From Acidimicrobiales bacterium (GTDB taxonomy: Bacteria > Actinomycetota > Acidimicrobiia > Acidimicrobiales > Acidimicrobilacustridaceae): a stretch of 64,000 nucleotides of DNA. Shown here one piece after another: positions 1-9,224 of the stretch (within the stretch, counting starts at the first letter, position 1; the number at the start of each line of letters is the position of its first letter). The notes beneath the pieces were generated by a model. It ran no database searches. It was not told where the DNA came from and saw nothing but the letters and a program-made list of their open reading frames with translations. The DNA is taken from positions 379,252-443,251 of the forward strand of contig JAWKIW010000002.1 in NCBI GenBank assembly GCA_041394145.1. The letters are read 5' to 3'. A program made the translations under genes and the position numbers.

Positions 1-1147
1 GCCCGCGGTCATCGGCGTGCTGGTCGCCTCGTTCTCGCTGGCCCAGCTGGTGTTCGCGCCGATCTGGGGTCGGCTGTCGGACAAGGTGGGCCGCAAGCCG
101 GTGCTCCTCGTGAGCCTGTTCGGCACGGCGATCGGCTCGCTGCTCACGGGCGTCGCCGGCTCGGTGGCCGTGCTGTTCGCCGGTCGGATCATCGACGGCG
201 CCAGCGGCGCGTCGGTGTCGGTGGCTCAGGCGTCGGCGGCCGACCTGGCCCGGCCGCACCAGCGGGCCAAGCTCATGGGCCTGCTCGGCGCGGCCTTCGG
301 CGTGGGGTTCGTGGCCGGCCCGGCCATCGGTGCGCTCGGCGCGCTGGCCGGTGTGCACGTGCCGTTCTTCCTCGCCGCCGCCATCTCGTTCGTCAACGCC
401 CTGGTGGCGATCAAGCGACTGCCCGAGACGGCGCCGACGAAGGTGACCGCCACGGCGGCGGTGGCGGGGTCCGACCGGGGCTCGGGGCCGGGGCGCAGCT
501 CCGCCCTCGACGACGCCGAGCTCGATGGCGACCGCATCGCCGACGCGCCTGCGCTCGACGGCCCCGGCCTCGTCGAGCCCGGCCACCTCGAGGGACCCGA
601 GCACCGCCGGGAGGTCGACGTCGCCGGCATCGTGCGGCTCATCGTCGTCGCCTTCGTCGGGATGGTCGCCTTCGCCGGCTTCGAGGCGACCTTCTCGTTG
701 CTCGGCGAGAAGCGCTTCGGCTTCGAGCTGGCCGCCACCGGGGCCGTGTTCACCGGCATCGGCCTCGCGCTCGTGGCGGTGCAGGGAGGCCTCGTCGGTC
801 CGGTCACCACGGCGCTCGGGGAGAGGTCGGTGCTCCGCCTCGGCCTGACGGCCAACGCCGTGGGCCTCGCCGTGTTGGCCGTCGACGGAGGGTGGCTGAC
901 CCTCGTGCCGGCGCTGTTGCTGCTCGTCGTGGGCCAGGGCCTGCTCACGCCGACGCTGTCGTCCTCGGTCGCCGGTCGAGCCGGCCACGAGCGCGGGCAG
1001 TGGCTGGGCTGGCAGCAGTCCGCCGGTGGGTTGGCCCGGGTCGTCGGCCCCGTCGCCGCCGGCGTGCTGTTCGGGCAGGTCGGGGTGGCCGCGCCGTATG
1101 TGGTCGGTGCCGTCCTCGTGCTGGTCGCCCTCGCCCTCGTGCCGTAG
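1..1147 (+). CDS. MFS transporter, 5' partial (ORF continues upstream of window)
   Basis: ORF 17..1147 is in frame from base 1. The protein is hydrophobic and Gly/Ala/Leu-rich with MFS-like motifs (GRLSDKVGRKPVLL, multiple TM segments). Confidence 0.8.
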   Translation, partial: PAVIGVLVASFSLAQLVFAPIWGRLSDKVGRKPVLLVSLFGTAIGSLLTGVAGSVAVLFAGRIIDGASGASVSVAQASAADLARPHQRAKLMGLLGAAFGVGFVAGPAIGALGALAGVHVPFFLAAAISFVNALVAIKRLPETAPTKVTATAAVAGSDRGSGPGRSSALDDAELDGDRIADAPALDGPGLVEPGHLEGPEHRREVDVAGIVRLIVVAFVGMVAFAGFEATFSLLGEKRFGFELAATGAVFTGIGLALVAVQGGLVGPVTTALGERSVLRLGLTANAVGLAVLAVDGGWLTLVPALLLLVVGQGLLTPTLSSSVAGRAGHERGQWLGWQQSAGGLARVVGPVAAGVLFGQVGVAAPYVVGAVLVLVALALVP

Positions 1148-1466
1148 CGGCGGCCGCCGGGGCCGCCACCTCGGGTCGCCCGGCGCCGTTCTCGATGGGA
1201 TCGGTGTCGCAGGCCGGTCGGGATCCCATCGAGAACACGGGAACGGGCGGACGCGCCGGAGGTCGCGAGGCCCCGAAACGGGACTTTCGGCCGTCTTGTC
1301 AACACCAGGTCGCTGGGTTACCGTTCGGTACGTTACCGGGGGGTAACTTCGTGCCCGGAGGCGATCCGGGCCCCGGACACCCCACCGCACCGGCGCACCG
1401 ATCGGGCCGATCACCCAGCGCCCAGGCCCTCGGACCCCACTCGCATCGCACAAGGAGCCGTGCCCA

Positions 1467-2699
1467 ATGTCCGACGTGTCGTTCCAGCTGAACGAGGACC
1501 AGCTCACCCTGCAGAAGTGGGTCCACGACTTCGGCGAAGAGGTCATCCGCCCGGTCGCGGCCGAGTGGGACGAGAAGGAGGAGTTCCCCTGGCCGGTGGT
1601 CGAGGAGGCGGCCAAGGTCGGCCTCTACGGCATGGACTTCATGGCTCAGATCATGATGAACGACCCGACCGGGCTCTCGATGCCGGTCGCCACCGAGGAG
1701 CTGTTCTGGGCCGACGCCGGCATCGGCCTGGCGATCATGGGCTCGGGCCTCGCCGCCGCCGGCATCCTCGGCAACGGCACCCCCGAGCAGATCATGGAGT
1801 GGGTCCCGCAGTGCTACGGCACCCCCGACGACGTGAAGCTCGGGGCGTTCTGCGTGTCCGAGCCCGACGCCGGCTCCGACGTGTCCTCGCTGCGCACCAA
1901 GGCCGTCTACGACGAGGCCAAGGACGAGTGGGTCCTCAACGGCACCAAGGCGTGGATCACCAACGGCGGCATCGCCGACGTCCACGTGGTGGTCGCGGCC
2001 GTCGACCCCGAGCTGAAGGGCCGCGGCCAGGCCAGCTTCGTGGTCCCGGCCAACACGCCCGGCCTGTCGCAGGGCCAGAAGTACTCCAAGCTCGGCATCC
2101 GGGCGTCGCACACCGCCGAGGTCGTGCTCGACGACGTGCGGGTGCCCGGCAGCTGCCTGCTCGGCGGCAAGGAGAAGCTCGACGAGAAGCTGGCCCGTGC
2201 CCGTGAGGCGCTGAACAACCCGGGCAAGGTGTCGAGCGGCAAGCAGCCGGCCATGGCCACCTTCGAGGCCACCCGCCCCGCCGTGGGCGCCCAGGCCATC
2301 GGCGTCGCCCGCGCCGCCTACGAGTACGCCCTGCAGTACGCCACCGAGCGCGTCGCCTTCGGCAAGCCGATCGTGATGCACCAGGGCGTGGGCTTCATGC
2401 TCGCCGACATGGCCACCGAGATCGACGCCGCCCGCCTGCTGGTGTGGCGGGCCGCGTGGATGTCGCGCAACAGCCAGTACAAGAACGCCGAGGGCTCGAT
2501 GTCCAAGCTCAAGGCCGGCCGCGTGGCCGTGTGGGTCACCGAGCGGGCCATCCAGATCCTGGGTGGCTACGGCTACGTCAAGGAGTACCCGGTCGAGCGC
2601 TGGCACCGCGACTCGAAGATCTACGACATCTTCGAGGGCACCGAGCAGATCCAGCAGCTGGTGATCGCCCGGGCCATCTCCGGCCTGCGCGTCGAGTAG
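1467..2699 (+). CDS. acyl-CoA dehydrogenase (FAD-dependent)
   Basis: 410-aa ORF with ACAD hallmarks: N-terminal helical domain, central beta domain, and the C-terminal YDIFEGTEQIQQLVIARAISG motif. The last 79 bp lie inside the attL direct repeat. Confidence 0.9.
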   Translation: MSDVSFQLNEDQLTLQKWVHDFGEEVIRPVAAEWDEKEEFPWPVVEEAAKVGLYGMDFMAQIMMNDPTGLSMPVATEELFWADAGIGLAIMGSGLAAAGILGNGTPEQIMEWVPQCYGTPDDVKLGAFCVSEPDAGSDVSSLRTKAVYDEAKDEWVLNGTKAWITNGGIADVHVVVAAVDPELKGRGQASFVVPANTPGLSQGQKYSKLGIRASHTAEVVLDDVRVPGSCLLGGKEKLDEKLARAREALNNPGKVSSGKQPAMATFEATRPAVGAQAIGVARAAYEYALQYATERVAFGKPIVMHQGVGFMLADMATEIDAARLLVWRAAWMSRNSQYKNAEGSMSKLKAGRVAVWVTERAIQILGGYGYVKEYPVERWHRDSKIYDIFEGTEQIQQLVIARAISGLRVE

Positions 2700-2774
2700 C
2701 TCTGACCTGCGCTTTCTTCTGTCAGAGGCCCGCTCACCCGAGCGGGCCTCTGTCGTTGTCGAACCCGGGATCGG
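2621..2774. repeat. attL: 154-bp direct repeat (copy 1) = ACAD 3' end + terminator hairpin
   Basis: Aligned by eye to 34905-35058 with 7 mismatches in 154. Contains two perfect 39-bp blocks, ctacgacatcttcgagggcaccgagcagatccagcagct and gtgatcgcccgggccatctccggcctgcgcgtcgagtag. Confidence 0.8.
2724..2753 (+). terminator. stem-loop (13-bp perfect stem, 4-nt loop) downstream of ACAD; part of att repeat
   Basis: cagaggcccgctc-accc-gagcgggcctctg. A second copy at 35008-35037 has loop accg. No T-tract, which is common in high-GC actinobacteria. Confidence 0.6.
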
Positions 2775-2778
2775 CGTC

Positions 2779-2799
2779 CATCCCTACTCCCATCCCTAC
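2779..2799. promoter_or_regulatory. tandem CATCCCTAC arm-type repeats adjacent to attL (putative integrase arm-binding sites / int promoter region)
   Basis: catccctac at 2779-2787 and 2791-2799, immediately inside the element and 22 bp upstream of the int ATG. A near-identical pair occurs at 34779-34798 next to attR. Confidence 0.5.
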
Positions 2800-2821
2800 T
2801 TTTCACGTAGGGTCTTCAGCC

Positions 2822-4330
2822 ATGGCAACGATCCGGCAGCGCAAGCGCGGTGTCTGGGAGGTCCGGGTGTTCGCCGGGCGCGACGCCCAGGGCAAGCCCG
2901 TCCAGGTCTCCCGTACGGTGCGCGGCGGCAAGAAGGATGCCGAGCGGGTGGCGAGCGAGCTCGAGCTCAAGCCGAGCCGGCCCGACGCCCGCCGGACCGT
3001 CGCCGAGCTCCTCGACGAGTGGCGCGCGCTCAAGGAGGCCAGCTGGGCCCCCTACACGCGCCGAGACCAGGAGAGCCGGTCGCGATCGATCGCCGCCGAT
3101 CGGATCGGGAAGGTCCCCGTCGCCCGGCTGCAGGTCACCGACGTCGATGCCTGGATCGTCCGCCTCCGCAAGGCCGGGGTCGGCGAGGGATCGATCCGCA
3201 ACCAGTTCCAGTCGCTGCGGTCGGCACTGGCCCAGGCGGTCCGTTGGGGGTGGATCGCACAGAACCCGGCCGCGCTGGCGAGCTATGAGCGAGCGAAGCG
3301 GACCTCGCGCGATGTGATGTCCGCCGAGGACGTCCAGGCCGTGCTCGAGGCCGCCGAGCAGGTCAACGAGATGGCGCCGGTCGCGATCCGACTCGCGGCG
3401 ATCACCGGTGCCCGCCGCGCCGAGCTCGCGGCGCTGCGGTGGACCGACCTCGACGGCTCCGTGCTCCGGGTCGACAGCGCCATCACGGTGGTCCGGGAAG
3501 GCTCGGGTGACGATCGGCGGACCGTCCTGCGTGACGATCCGACCAAGACCGCCGACCGTCGACGGGTCGCGCTCGACCCGTCGACCGTGGCCATGCTCGA
3601 AGTGCTGCGGGCCAGGCGTGAGCCCTACACACCGTGGATGTTCAGCGACACGGAGAAGGCTCCCCGCCCCGACCGGATCGGGTACTGGTGGCAGCGTTGC
3701 CGCGAGCTCGCCGGCATCGACGTCGAGTGGCGCCTGCACGACCTCCGCCACTGGTCGGCGACGTTCGCGCTCAGCGAGGGCTACGACGCCGCCACGGTCG
3801 CACATCGGCTTGGGCACTCGGACCCATCGACGACGCTGCGCGCCTACGCCCACGCCAGGGCGCAACGAGACGCCGACCTGGCGTCGAGCCTCGCCGATGC
3901 CTTGGAGATCCCCCCGAACCCGGGTAGCGCCCGCCACGGCGGCGAGGGCCTGTGGCCGGCCGGCGGGACCGATCCCGGGACCGACTGCGGGACCTCGTCC
4001 GACATCCGTTGGTCCGCCCGCGCCGACCGAGTGCCCTCCGGGTCTTGGAGCATGGCGACGCCCGAAAGGCCCGTTGACCTGGGAACGGGACCTTGCTCGG
4101 GACCGAGTACGGGAGTCCCGCCGAGGTCCCGTTGTCGACGCTGCCTGGTCCGCTCCGACGGCCGTCGGTTGAAGGAGATGCCCCGTTTCGGGACCGGAAG
4201 CGTGTCAGCTGCCACCTCACGGCCACGTGGCACGATCTCGAACCGGCGTTCGGCCCGTTGGCGAGACGGTGATCTGGGACACCTCGGCGGTGTGTTCGGA
4301 GACGGATTGCCGCGACCGGGCGGGCGGTAG
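2822..4330 (+). CDS. int: tyrosine integrase (phage-type, N-terminal AP2-like arm-binding domain); catalytic core ends ~3900, ORF reads on to 4330
   Basis: Starts MATIRQRKRGVWEVRVFAGRDAQGKP. The R...HDLRHWSATFALSEGYDAATVAHRLGHSDPSTTLRAYAH motif contains the catalytic Tyr. The C-terminal ~130 aa are a low-complexity GT[DG]-rich extension. Confidence 0.85.
   Translation: MATIRQRKRGVWEVRVFAGRDAQGKPVQVSRTVRGGKKDAERVASELELKPSRPDARRTVAELLDEWRALKEASWAPYTRRDQESRSRSIAADRIGKVPVARLQVTDVDAWIVRLRKAGVGEGSIRNQFQSLRSALAQAVRWGWIAQNPAALASYERAKRTSRDVMSAEDVQAVLEAAEQVNEMAPVAIRLAAITGARRAELAALRWTDLDGSVLRVDSAITVVREGSGDDRRTVLRDDPTKTADRRRVALDPSTVAMLEVLRARREPYTPWMFSDTEKAPRPDRIGYWWQRCRELAGIDVEWRLHDLRHWSATFALSEGYDAATVAHRLGHSDPSTTLRAYAHARAQRDADLASSLADALEIPPNPGSARHGGEGLWPAGGTDPGTDCGTSSDIRWSARADRVPSGSWSMATPERPVDLGTGPCSGPSTGVPPRSRCRRCLVRSDGRRLKEMPRFGTGSVSAATSRPRGTISNRRSARWRDGDLGHLGGVFGDGLPRPGGR
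3964..4207. repeat. cluster of >=7 CGGGACC/GGTCCCG heptamers in the integrase 3' extension
   Basis: cgggacc is seen at 3964, 3976, 3988, 4086, 4099 and 4199, with the inverted form ggtcccg at 4126. Confidence 0.35.
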
Positions 4331-4504
4331 CCTCCGTCGAAGTGCTACGGCAAGGTTGTCGTCTGGGACGCGGGTTCTGGGACGGTCCCGAGACCGAGGG
4401 CAGGGGAACAAACGCCGTGACGAGTCCGACGACCGCCTCGACCCGATGATTGCGAACGTTCTGGCCCGCCGCTGGCCGCCGCCTACGTCGACGGTGATCC
4501 GGGC

Positions 4505-4909
4505 ATGAAGCGGATCCGCTTCTTGACTGTGATTGTCGTGGTGCTGGTCGCTGGCTGTTCGGAACCGTTGTCGTCGTCGACGGTGACAGCCACGCCGACC
4601 AGTAGCACGGTGTCGTCGCCCCCGAGTACGCCGCCGGGGATGACAGTCCTGTCTGATGGCTGGCGTCCGGCCTACCGGGCACACATGGCCGCACCGCTGA
4701 CGTCGGAGAGAGCCGAGCAGACAGGGCGCTCGATCACCGATGCCGGCATGCGCGAAGGCTTCCGGCTGGGGGCCGATGTGGACTATGCGAACGGCTGGTT
4801 GGTGGTCTTGGTGCCCACTGATGTGCCGCCTGACCCGGAGCGGCTACCCGAGCTCGAAGCACTCATCGCGGCGGCGCCGGGTGTCACGGGGGTCGAACGG
4901 CTCCCGTAG
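4505..4909 (+). CDS. lipoprotein (hypothetical)
   Basis: Signal peptide MKRIRFLTVIVVVLVAGCS with lipobox L-V-A-G-C, followed by a Ser/Thr/Pro linker. Confidence 0.65.
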   Translation: MKRIRFLTVIVVVLVAGCSEPLSSSTVTATPTSSTVSSPPSTPPGMTVLSDGWRPAYRAHMAAPLTSERAEQTGRSITDAGMREGFRLGADVDYANGWLVVLVPTDVPPDPERLPELEALIAAAPGVTGVERLP

Positions 4910-5062
4910 GGGTCTGGTCGGCTACCGCTGCGCCCGCCACGATCAGCCCCGGGCATCGACGCGAGGGCAGCATGCGGCGAGTAGTCGCCCTCGGCAGGTT
5001 GACGCGCCACCTTCTCAGGATCCGGCGACGCGGGGGAACCGGCAGCGAGGATCTGATACCGA

Positions 5063-5137
5063 GAAGCGCGGTGCAGGGGGCGGAGCCGGCGATCGGCCCG
5101 TTCGCTGGCCGCGGTTATGCCCGCGTGATCTGGGGCG
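5063..5137. repeat. ~75-bp imperfect direct repeat, copy 1 (intergenic, upstream of 5288 ORF)
   Basis: gaagcgcggtgc ... cccgttc ... ttatgcccgcgtgatctggggcg. Compare 6346-6416. Confidence 0.5.
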
Positions 5138-5287
5138 CGGTGTTTGGGCGAGGGGGCAGGCGATGCTGATAGGAGGTACTCGTCGCTGCGGCAGGGGCGG
5201 GTCGGCGCGTTGCCCGTGGCTTCCTTCGTTCCGCCACCCGTCGTCTGGGACACTTGTTCGCGACCGACAGCTCGTTGACCGTCGCCA

Positions 5288-5779
5288 TTGGCGCGCGTCG
5301 TTGGTCGGAGAGGCGGGGTGTTGGTAGCTCAGCTCGAAACTGGTCAGTGGGCGTTGCTTGCCTTCGGAGCGGTCGCCGCGGTCGCGTTCATCGGGTGGCT
5401 GATCATCCGAACGGCGCGCGGGTCGTGGTTGGGTGTGGTGCAGGATCCGCCTGTCGCCAGGCCCGGTGGTTGGCAACCGACGGCCGTCTACGACGTGGCG
5501 GCCAAAGTGAACGGCGTGGTCGTGCGTCGCCCAGGGTCTGCGCGTCTGGGGATCTCTGCTGATGGCGTCGAGTTGACCAGCGACTCGTTCAACGGCCTGT
5601 GGGTGCCGCGCGTCGAGGTTGCCTGTGTTCGGCTGCGGCCAGCCGTCCCGCCCGTACCCGGCTACCGCACCGCTCGGTTCCTGACGGCTTCTGGTCGCCT
5701 CGATCGAGTCTCGATCACCGCTGCGGTCAGTGCCTTCGACGAGCTGAGGTCGTTGGGTTGGGTCGTCGAGTCGCGGTAG
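5288..5779 (+). CDS. hypothetical membrane-anchored protein (start uncertain)
   Basis: 163-aa ORF with one TM helix (ALLAFGAVAAVAFIGWLII). Coding-like composition. Confidence 0.4.
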   Translation: MARVVGRRGGVLVAQLETGQWALLAFGAVAAVAFIGWLIIRTARGSWLGVVQDPPVARPGGWQPTAVYDVAAKVNGVVVRRPGSARLGISADGVELTSDSFNGLWVPRVEVACVRLRPAVPPVPGYRTARFLTASGRLDRVSITAAVSAFDELRSLGWVVESR

Positions 5780-6345
5780 GCCCCATGGTCCCCGTCGGCA
5801 GGACGCCGTGGCGTTCGAGCGGCTACGGGGACTCGCACTCGCGGCGCTGGCGCGTCGTCGAGCGTTCGCGGTGCGTCGTAGGGCTGCCGACATGCCAGCG
5901 ACCGGGGGCGAAGACGATCGTCGGCCCGTCGTGCCGCCTCGTCGTCCTCCCGCTGGGGTGCTGTCGACCACAGACCTGGCAACGGTGCACGGCCGACTGT
6001 GAGCAAGGTCGTCGAGGATGTTCACGTCAGCGACCTCGCTGACGAACTCGCCTGTGTCGGGTTCGGCCGGTCGTGATCGGACTTCCGTGTACCCGTGGCA
6101 CCTGGTACCGGTACGTGAGCTACTGCTCCGTCGTGTTCTCGATCCCCGGATCCGTCGGATTCGGGGCAGACAACCCGGATGCCCTCCTCTACCGGGGCAC
6201 CGAGCCTACACGCCCGACGCATCGTGCGACGGGCTCATGGGCGCGACAAGAACCTCATCGCCGTTGGCCCCCGACTGGTATTTCGGGTTCGCGCTGCACT
6301 GCTGAGGCACCGGGGCAACCGGCATCGGACGCGCGAACGGCCGCG

Positions 6346-6416
6346 CGAAGCGCGGTGCGGCGGAACCGGCGAACTGCCCGTTCTCGGTGCGTGCTTATGC
6401 CCGCGGATCTGGGGCG
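6346..6416. repeat. ~75-bp imperfect direct repeat, copy 2 (upstream of large cargo gene)
   Basis: gaagcgcggtgc ... cccgttc ... ttatgcccgcggatctggggcg. Confidence 0.5.
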
Positions 6417-6777
6417 GGCGCGCGTCGAATCGGGTCGGCCCGACCTACCCGGGAGAGGGAGATCGCTCTGTCGTGTCGGTAGGGTGGAGGTTGGGTGTGT
6501 TCGGTGGGTTCGGGATCGACGGGGTCTCGTGCGGACTGGCCCGAGAAAGAAACGAGGAGAGGCGGGTGGTGGTGGCGACCACGTCTGGGTCGATCGGGGC
6601 CGGGGGGCCGTGCGGCGGCCGCGGTGGGCGCCTTGGTCACGGTTCGAACGGTGTGGGTGTCTTGCCGGCGGGACCCCCGGCTCGACGGGCTGCCTCGGAC
6701 GGTGTGGCGGTGGGCTTGTCGGGTGGTGTGACGGGTCGGTGGCGGGGCGGGCGGGTCCTCGTGGCGGGGGTGGTTTC

Positions 6778-9117
6778 GTGATCCCCGAGGCCGGTGTGCC
6801 GCCACCGTTCCGCCAACGGCCCCGCCCCCAGGATCTGCTTCCGGATTGCTCGACCCAAGACCCGACGGCGCTGCTGGCGTTCTTGGAGGGTCTCGGGCTG
6901 GTCCGCTGCGACGCCGATGCCTGCGGACACCGGGCCGAGACCCTCGAGGCCTACGACGTCAAGAACGGCGTGCCGGTCTACCTGTTTCGTTGCCATCGTT
7001 GCTTCGACGGGCACCTCGACGGCGATGGTGTGCCCCGTCGCTTGTACCACGAGGGAACGCACGCCAGGTTCGACGAGGACGCCTACATGTGGCGCTACGA
7101 CCAGGTCGACCGTCGCTACGGGATGGACGGTTGGGTCTGGCGCTATGAGCGGGGCTGGCACCGCGACCACGAGTGGACGGCCCCGCCGGTCGACGACACC
7201 GACGACGCGGTTGTCACGCTCAGCCTCGATGCTGCGGTGGGCCGGCTCGAACGCTGCGCGGCCCGCGTCAGAGGATGGGCGAGCGCGTATGACCTGGTGC
7301 AGGAGGTCGTCGAGGTCGCCGGCCGCATCGACTTCGAGGAGGCCGGGGTCGGCGCCGTCGAGGTGCTCGCCGGGTTCTTCGAGCGGGCTCAGGAGGCGGT
7401 CGATGCCGAGGGGCTGTTCGACGATCGGGCTCGGATGCTGGGGGTGTGGCAGCGCGAGCGACCCGCGCAGGTGCCCGACGAGGTTGAGGCCGCCTGGATG
7501 CGCTATCGGGCTCGGCGGTGGGACGAGCTCGTCGGCGCCACCGACGACCTCGGCGCTTGGCTGTTCAACTATCTGTCGGCCAACAGCGGGTGGCGGCCGC
7601 CGCGCACGGTGGACCCGGTGGGCCTCCTCAACCAGCTGCGTGGCGCCGATGACGTCCTAGTGGAGAAGGGGTGGGGGGTCATCGACGAGGACTCCGGCAT
7701 GGGGCCGAGCCTGACGTCGTTCGTTCGTCGGCTGCGGGGCGTCTCGACTCGGCCCGGGACCGAGCCGGCCTTCGCGAACCTGCAGGTCTGTGTGGCGTCC
7801 GCGCTGCGCCACGTCGGTGACGTGTCCGACGTCGATGTGCTCGGCATCGTCGAGGCGTGGGGCGACGATCGAGTGGCAGCCGACCGGCTCGCCGTCGAGC
7901 ATCCGACTCCGGCGATCGTCGCGGCGCTGGTGTGCCAGCGACAAGGCGACGTGTGCGGACCGATCCACCTTGGCGAGGTCGCAGCCCGGGCCGCCCGCGA
8001 GCCGTTGCCCGAGGTGTTGTTCGTCGAGCTCGTCGACGCCTGGGCCGAGGCGCGCAATCCGGCGATTGCCACGGCCTTGGGGTCGAACCCGGTGTGCCCC
8101 CCCGCAGCGCAGCGCCGCCTCGCTGTCCACGACAGGGTGGAGGTGGCGATCGGGGTGGCGTCCAACCCGAACCTGGACGCCGTAGCCGCCCGGATCGTGG
8201 CCGACCGGCCTGTCGGATCTGACTTCCGCGAGACGCAAGCTGCCCTGGTGGTGGCCGCCAACCCAGTCTGCCCACCGGACGTCGCCGAGCGGGCGCGAGC
8301 CAACGCGCGGGCCGCGCTCGACGCGGATGCCGACCTGGGCAAGGAACATGCCCCTCGTTGTCGGGAGCCGGCACCCGGGTGGTTCGACCCGCGCGTCCAA
8401 CGCTGTGGCCCCAACTTCCTACTGGACTGGGCATGGGGGTACGCCGCCTATGGCGTCGACGACCCGGAGGTCGTCGTCGCCCTGCACTCCGCCAATTGCC
8501 ACGCCACCCGCGTGGCGCTGCCCCTGTATGCCAATGGCGCCTGCACGCTGGATGAGGCCGTGGCGCTCGCTCGTCTCGATCCGAGCGGCGACAGCTTGCG
8601 GTCTTGGATGCTCGCCGGCGCCGATACCGTCCACGACGTCTTGCGACTTGTCGAGGCTCGAGTCAGCGTGACCCAGGCCGAGCGGGTCGCCACGACGGCC
8701 GGACCGGTCGACGTCGACGAGCTGATCGCCCACCGTGAAGATCTCGACTCCTGGCTGGCCGGGCTTCCCCCTCGTGACACGGACGCCGTGATCGCCCAGA
8801 TCATCAGCCCCTGCTGGTGGTCCCTGGTCGGCGTTCCCGACGGGGCGTGGTCCGGACGTCTCGAGATCATCGCCTCCGCCCCTGAGGCGGTGACCCGGGG
8901 TGCGTCCGGGCAGCGCATCGCCGAAGCGTTCATCGACCGCACTGAAGCCGAGCTGGCCTGCTACCCGGAGTGCAGGACCGTCAGAGACCTTCTCGGGTCC
9001 TTCCGTCGTGCGGTCGTCGCCGCTCGCGCCGCCGTCGACGCCGCCGCCGGTGCCGAGGTCGAAGACACCGTCGTCGCCCCTGCGCTGGCCACCATCCGCG
9101 AGATCCGTCCGTGGTGA
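6778..9117 (+). CDS. large hypothetical protein: N-terminal Cys/His-rich (zinc-ribbon-like) region + C-terminal leucine-rich-repeat-variant (LRV)-like NP...P repeats
   Basis: CDADACGHRAETL...LFRCHRCFDGHLDG at the N-terminus. Repeated ...NPAIATALGSNPVCPPAAQRRLAVHDRVEVAIGVASNPNLDAVAARIVAD...ANPVCPPDVAERA. GTG 6778 was chosen because the upstream part of the 6073 ORF is Gly/Arg junk. Confidence 0.55.
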   Translation: MIPEAGVPPPFRQRPRPQDLLPDCSTQDPTALLAFLEGLGLVRCDADACGHRAETLEAYDVKNGVPVYLFRCHRCFDGHLDGDGVPRRLYHEGTHARFDEDAYMWRYDQVDRRYGMDGWVWRYERGWHRDHEWTAPPVDDTDDAVVTLSLDAAVGRLERCAARVRGWASAYDLVQEVVEVAGRIDFEEAGVGAVEVLAGFFERAQEAVDAEGLFDDRARMLGVWQRERPAQVPDEVEAAWMRYRARRWDELVGATDDLGAWLFNYLSANSGWRPPRTVDPVGLLNQLRGADDVLVEKGWGVIDEDSGMGPSLTSFVRRLRGVSTRPGTEPAFANLQVCVASALRHVGDVSDVDVLGIVEAWGDDRVAADRLAVEHPTPAIVAALVCQRQGDVCGPIHLGEVAARAAREPLPEVLFVELVDAWAEARNPAIATALGSNPVCPPAAQRRLAVHDRVEVAIGVASNPNLDAVAARIVADRPVGSDFRETQAALVVAANPVCPPDVAERARANARAALDADADLGKEHAPRCREPAPGWFDPRVQRCGPNFLLDWAWGYAAYGVDDPEVVVALHSANCHATRVALPLYANGACTLDEAVALARLDPSGDSLRSWMLAGADTVHDVLRLVEARVSVTQAERVATTAGPVDVDELIAHREDLDSWLAGLPPRDTDAVIAQIISPCWWSLVGVPDGAWSGRLEIIASAPEAVTRGASGQRIAEAFIDRTEAELACYPECRTVRDLLGSFRRAVVAARAAVDAAAGAEVEDTVVAPALATIREIRPW

Positions 9118-9224
9118 GTGTGGCACGCCATCAGCAGCGATGGTCTCGCCGGTGAAGGTCGCCGTGGAGAGGAGCGACCACCAACCGCCGTCGAACGTCG
9201 GGCCGCCGCGGGGACGCCCCTAGG

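Noticed and set aside
226-1305. 359-aa ORF on the minus strand
   Set aside because: Antisense to the MFS transporter gene. Arg/Pro/Thr-rich composition typical of frame artefacts in 70% GC DNA.
1299-2606. 435-aa ORF on the minus strand
   Set aside because: Completely antisense to the well-supported acyl-CoA dehydrogenase. Low-complexity Gly/Ala/Leu/Val translation.
6073-6777. N-terminal 235 aa of the 1014-aa ORF
   Set aside because: Gly/Arg-rich with no hydrophobic core. Contains the intergenic 75-bp repeat. Start moved to GTG 6778.
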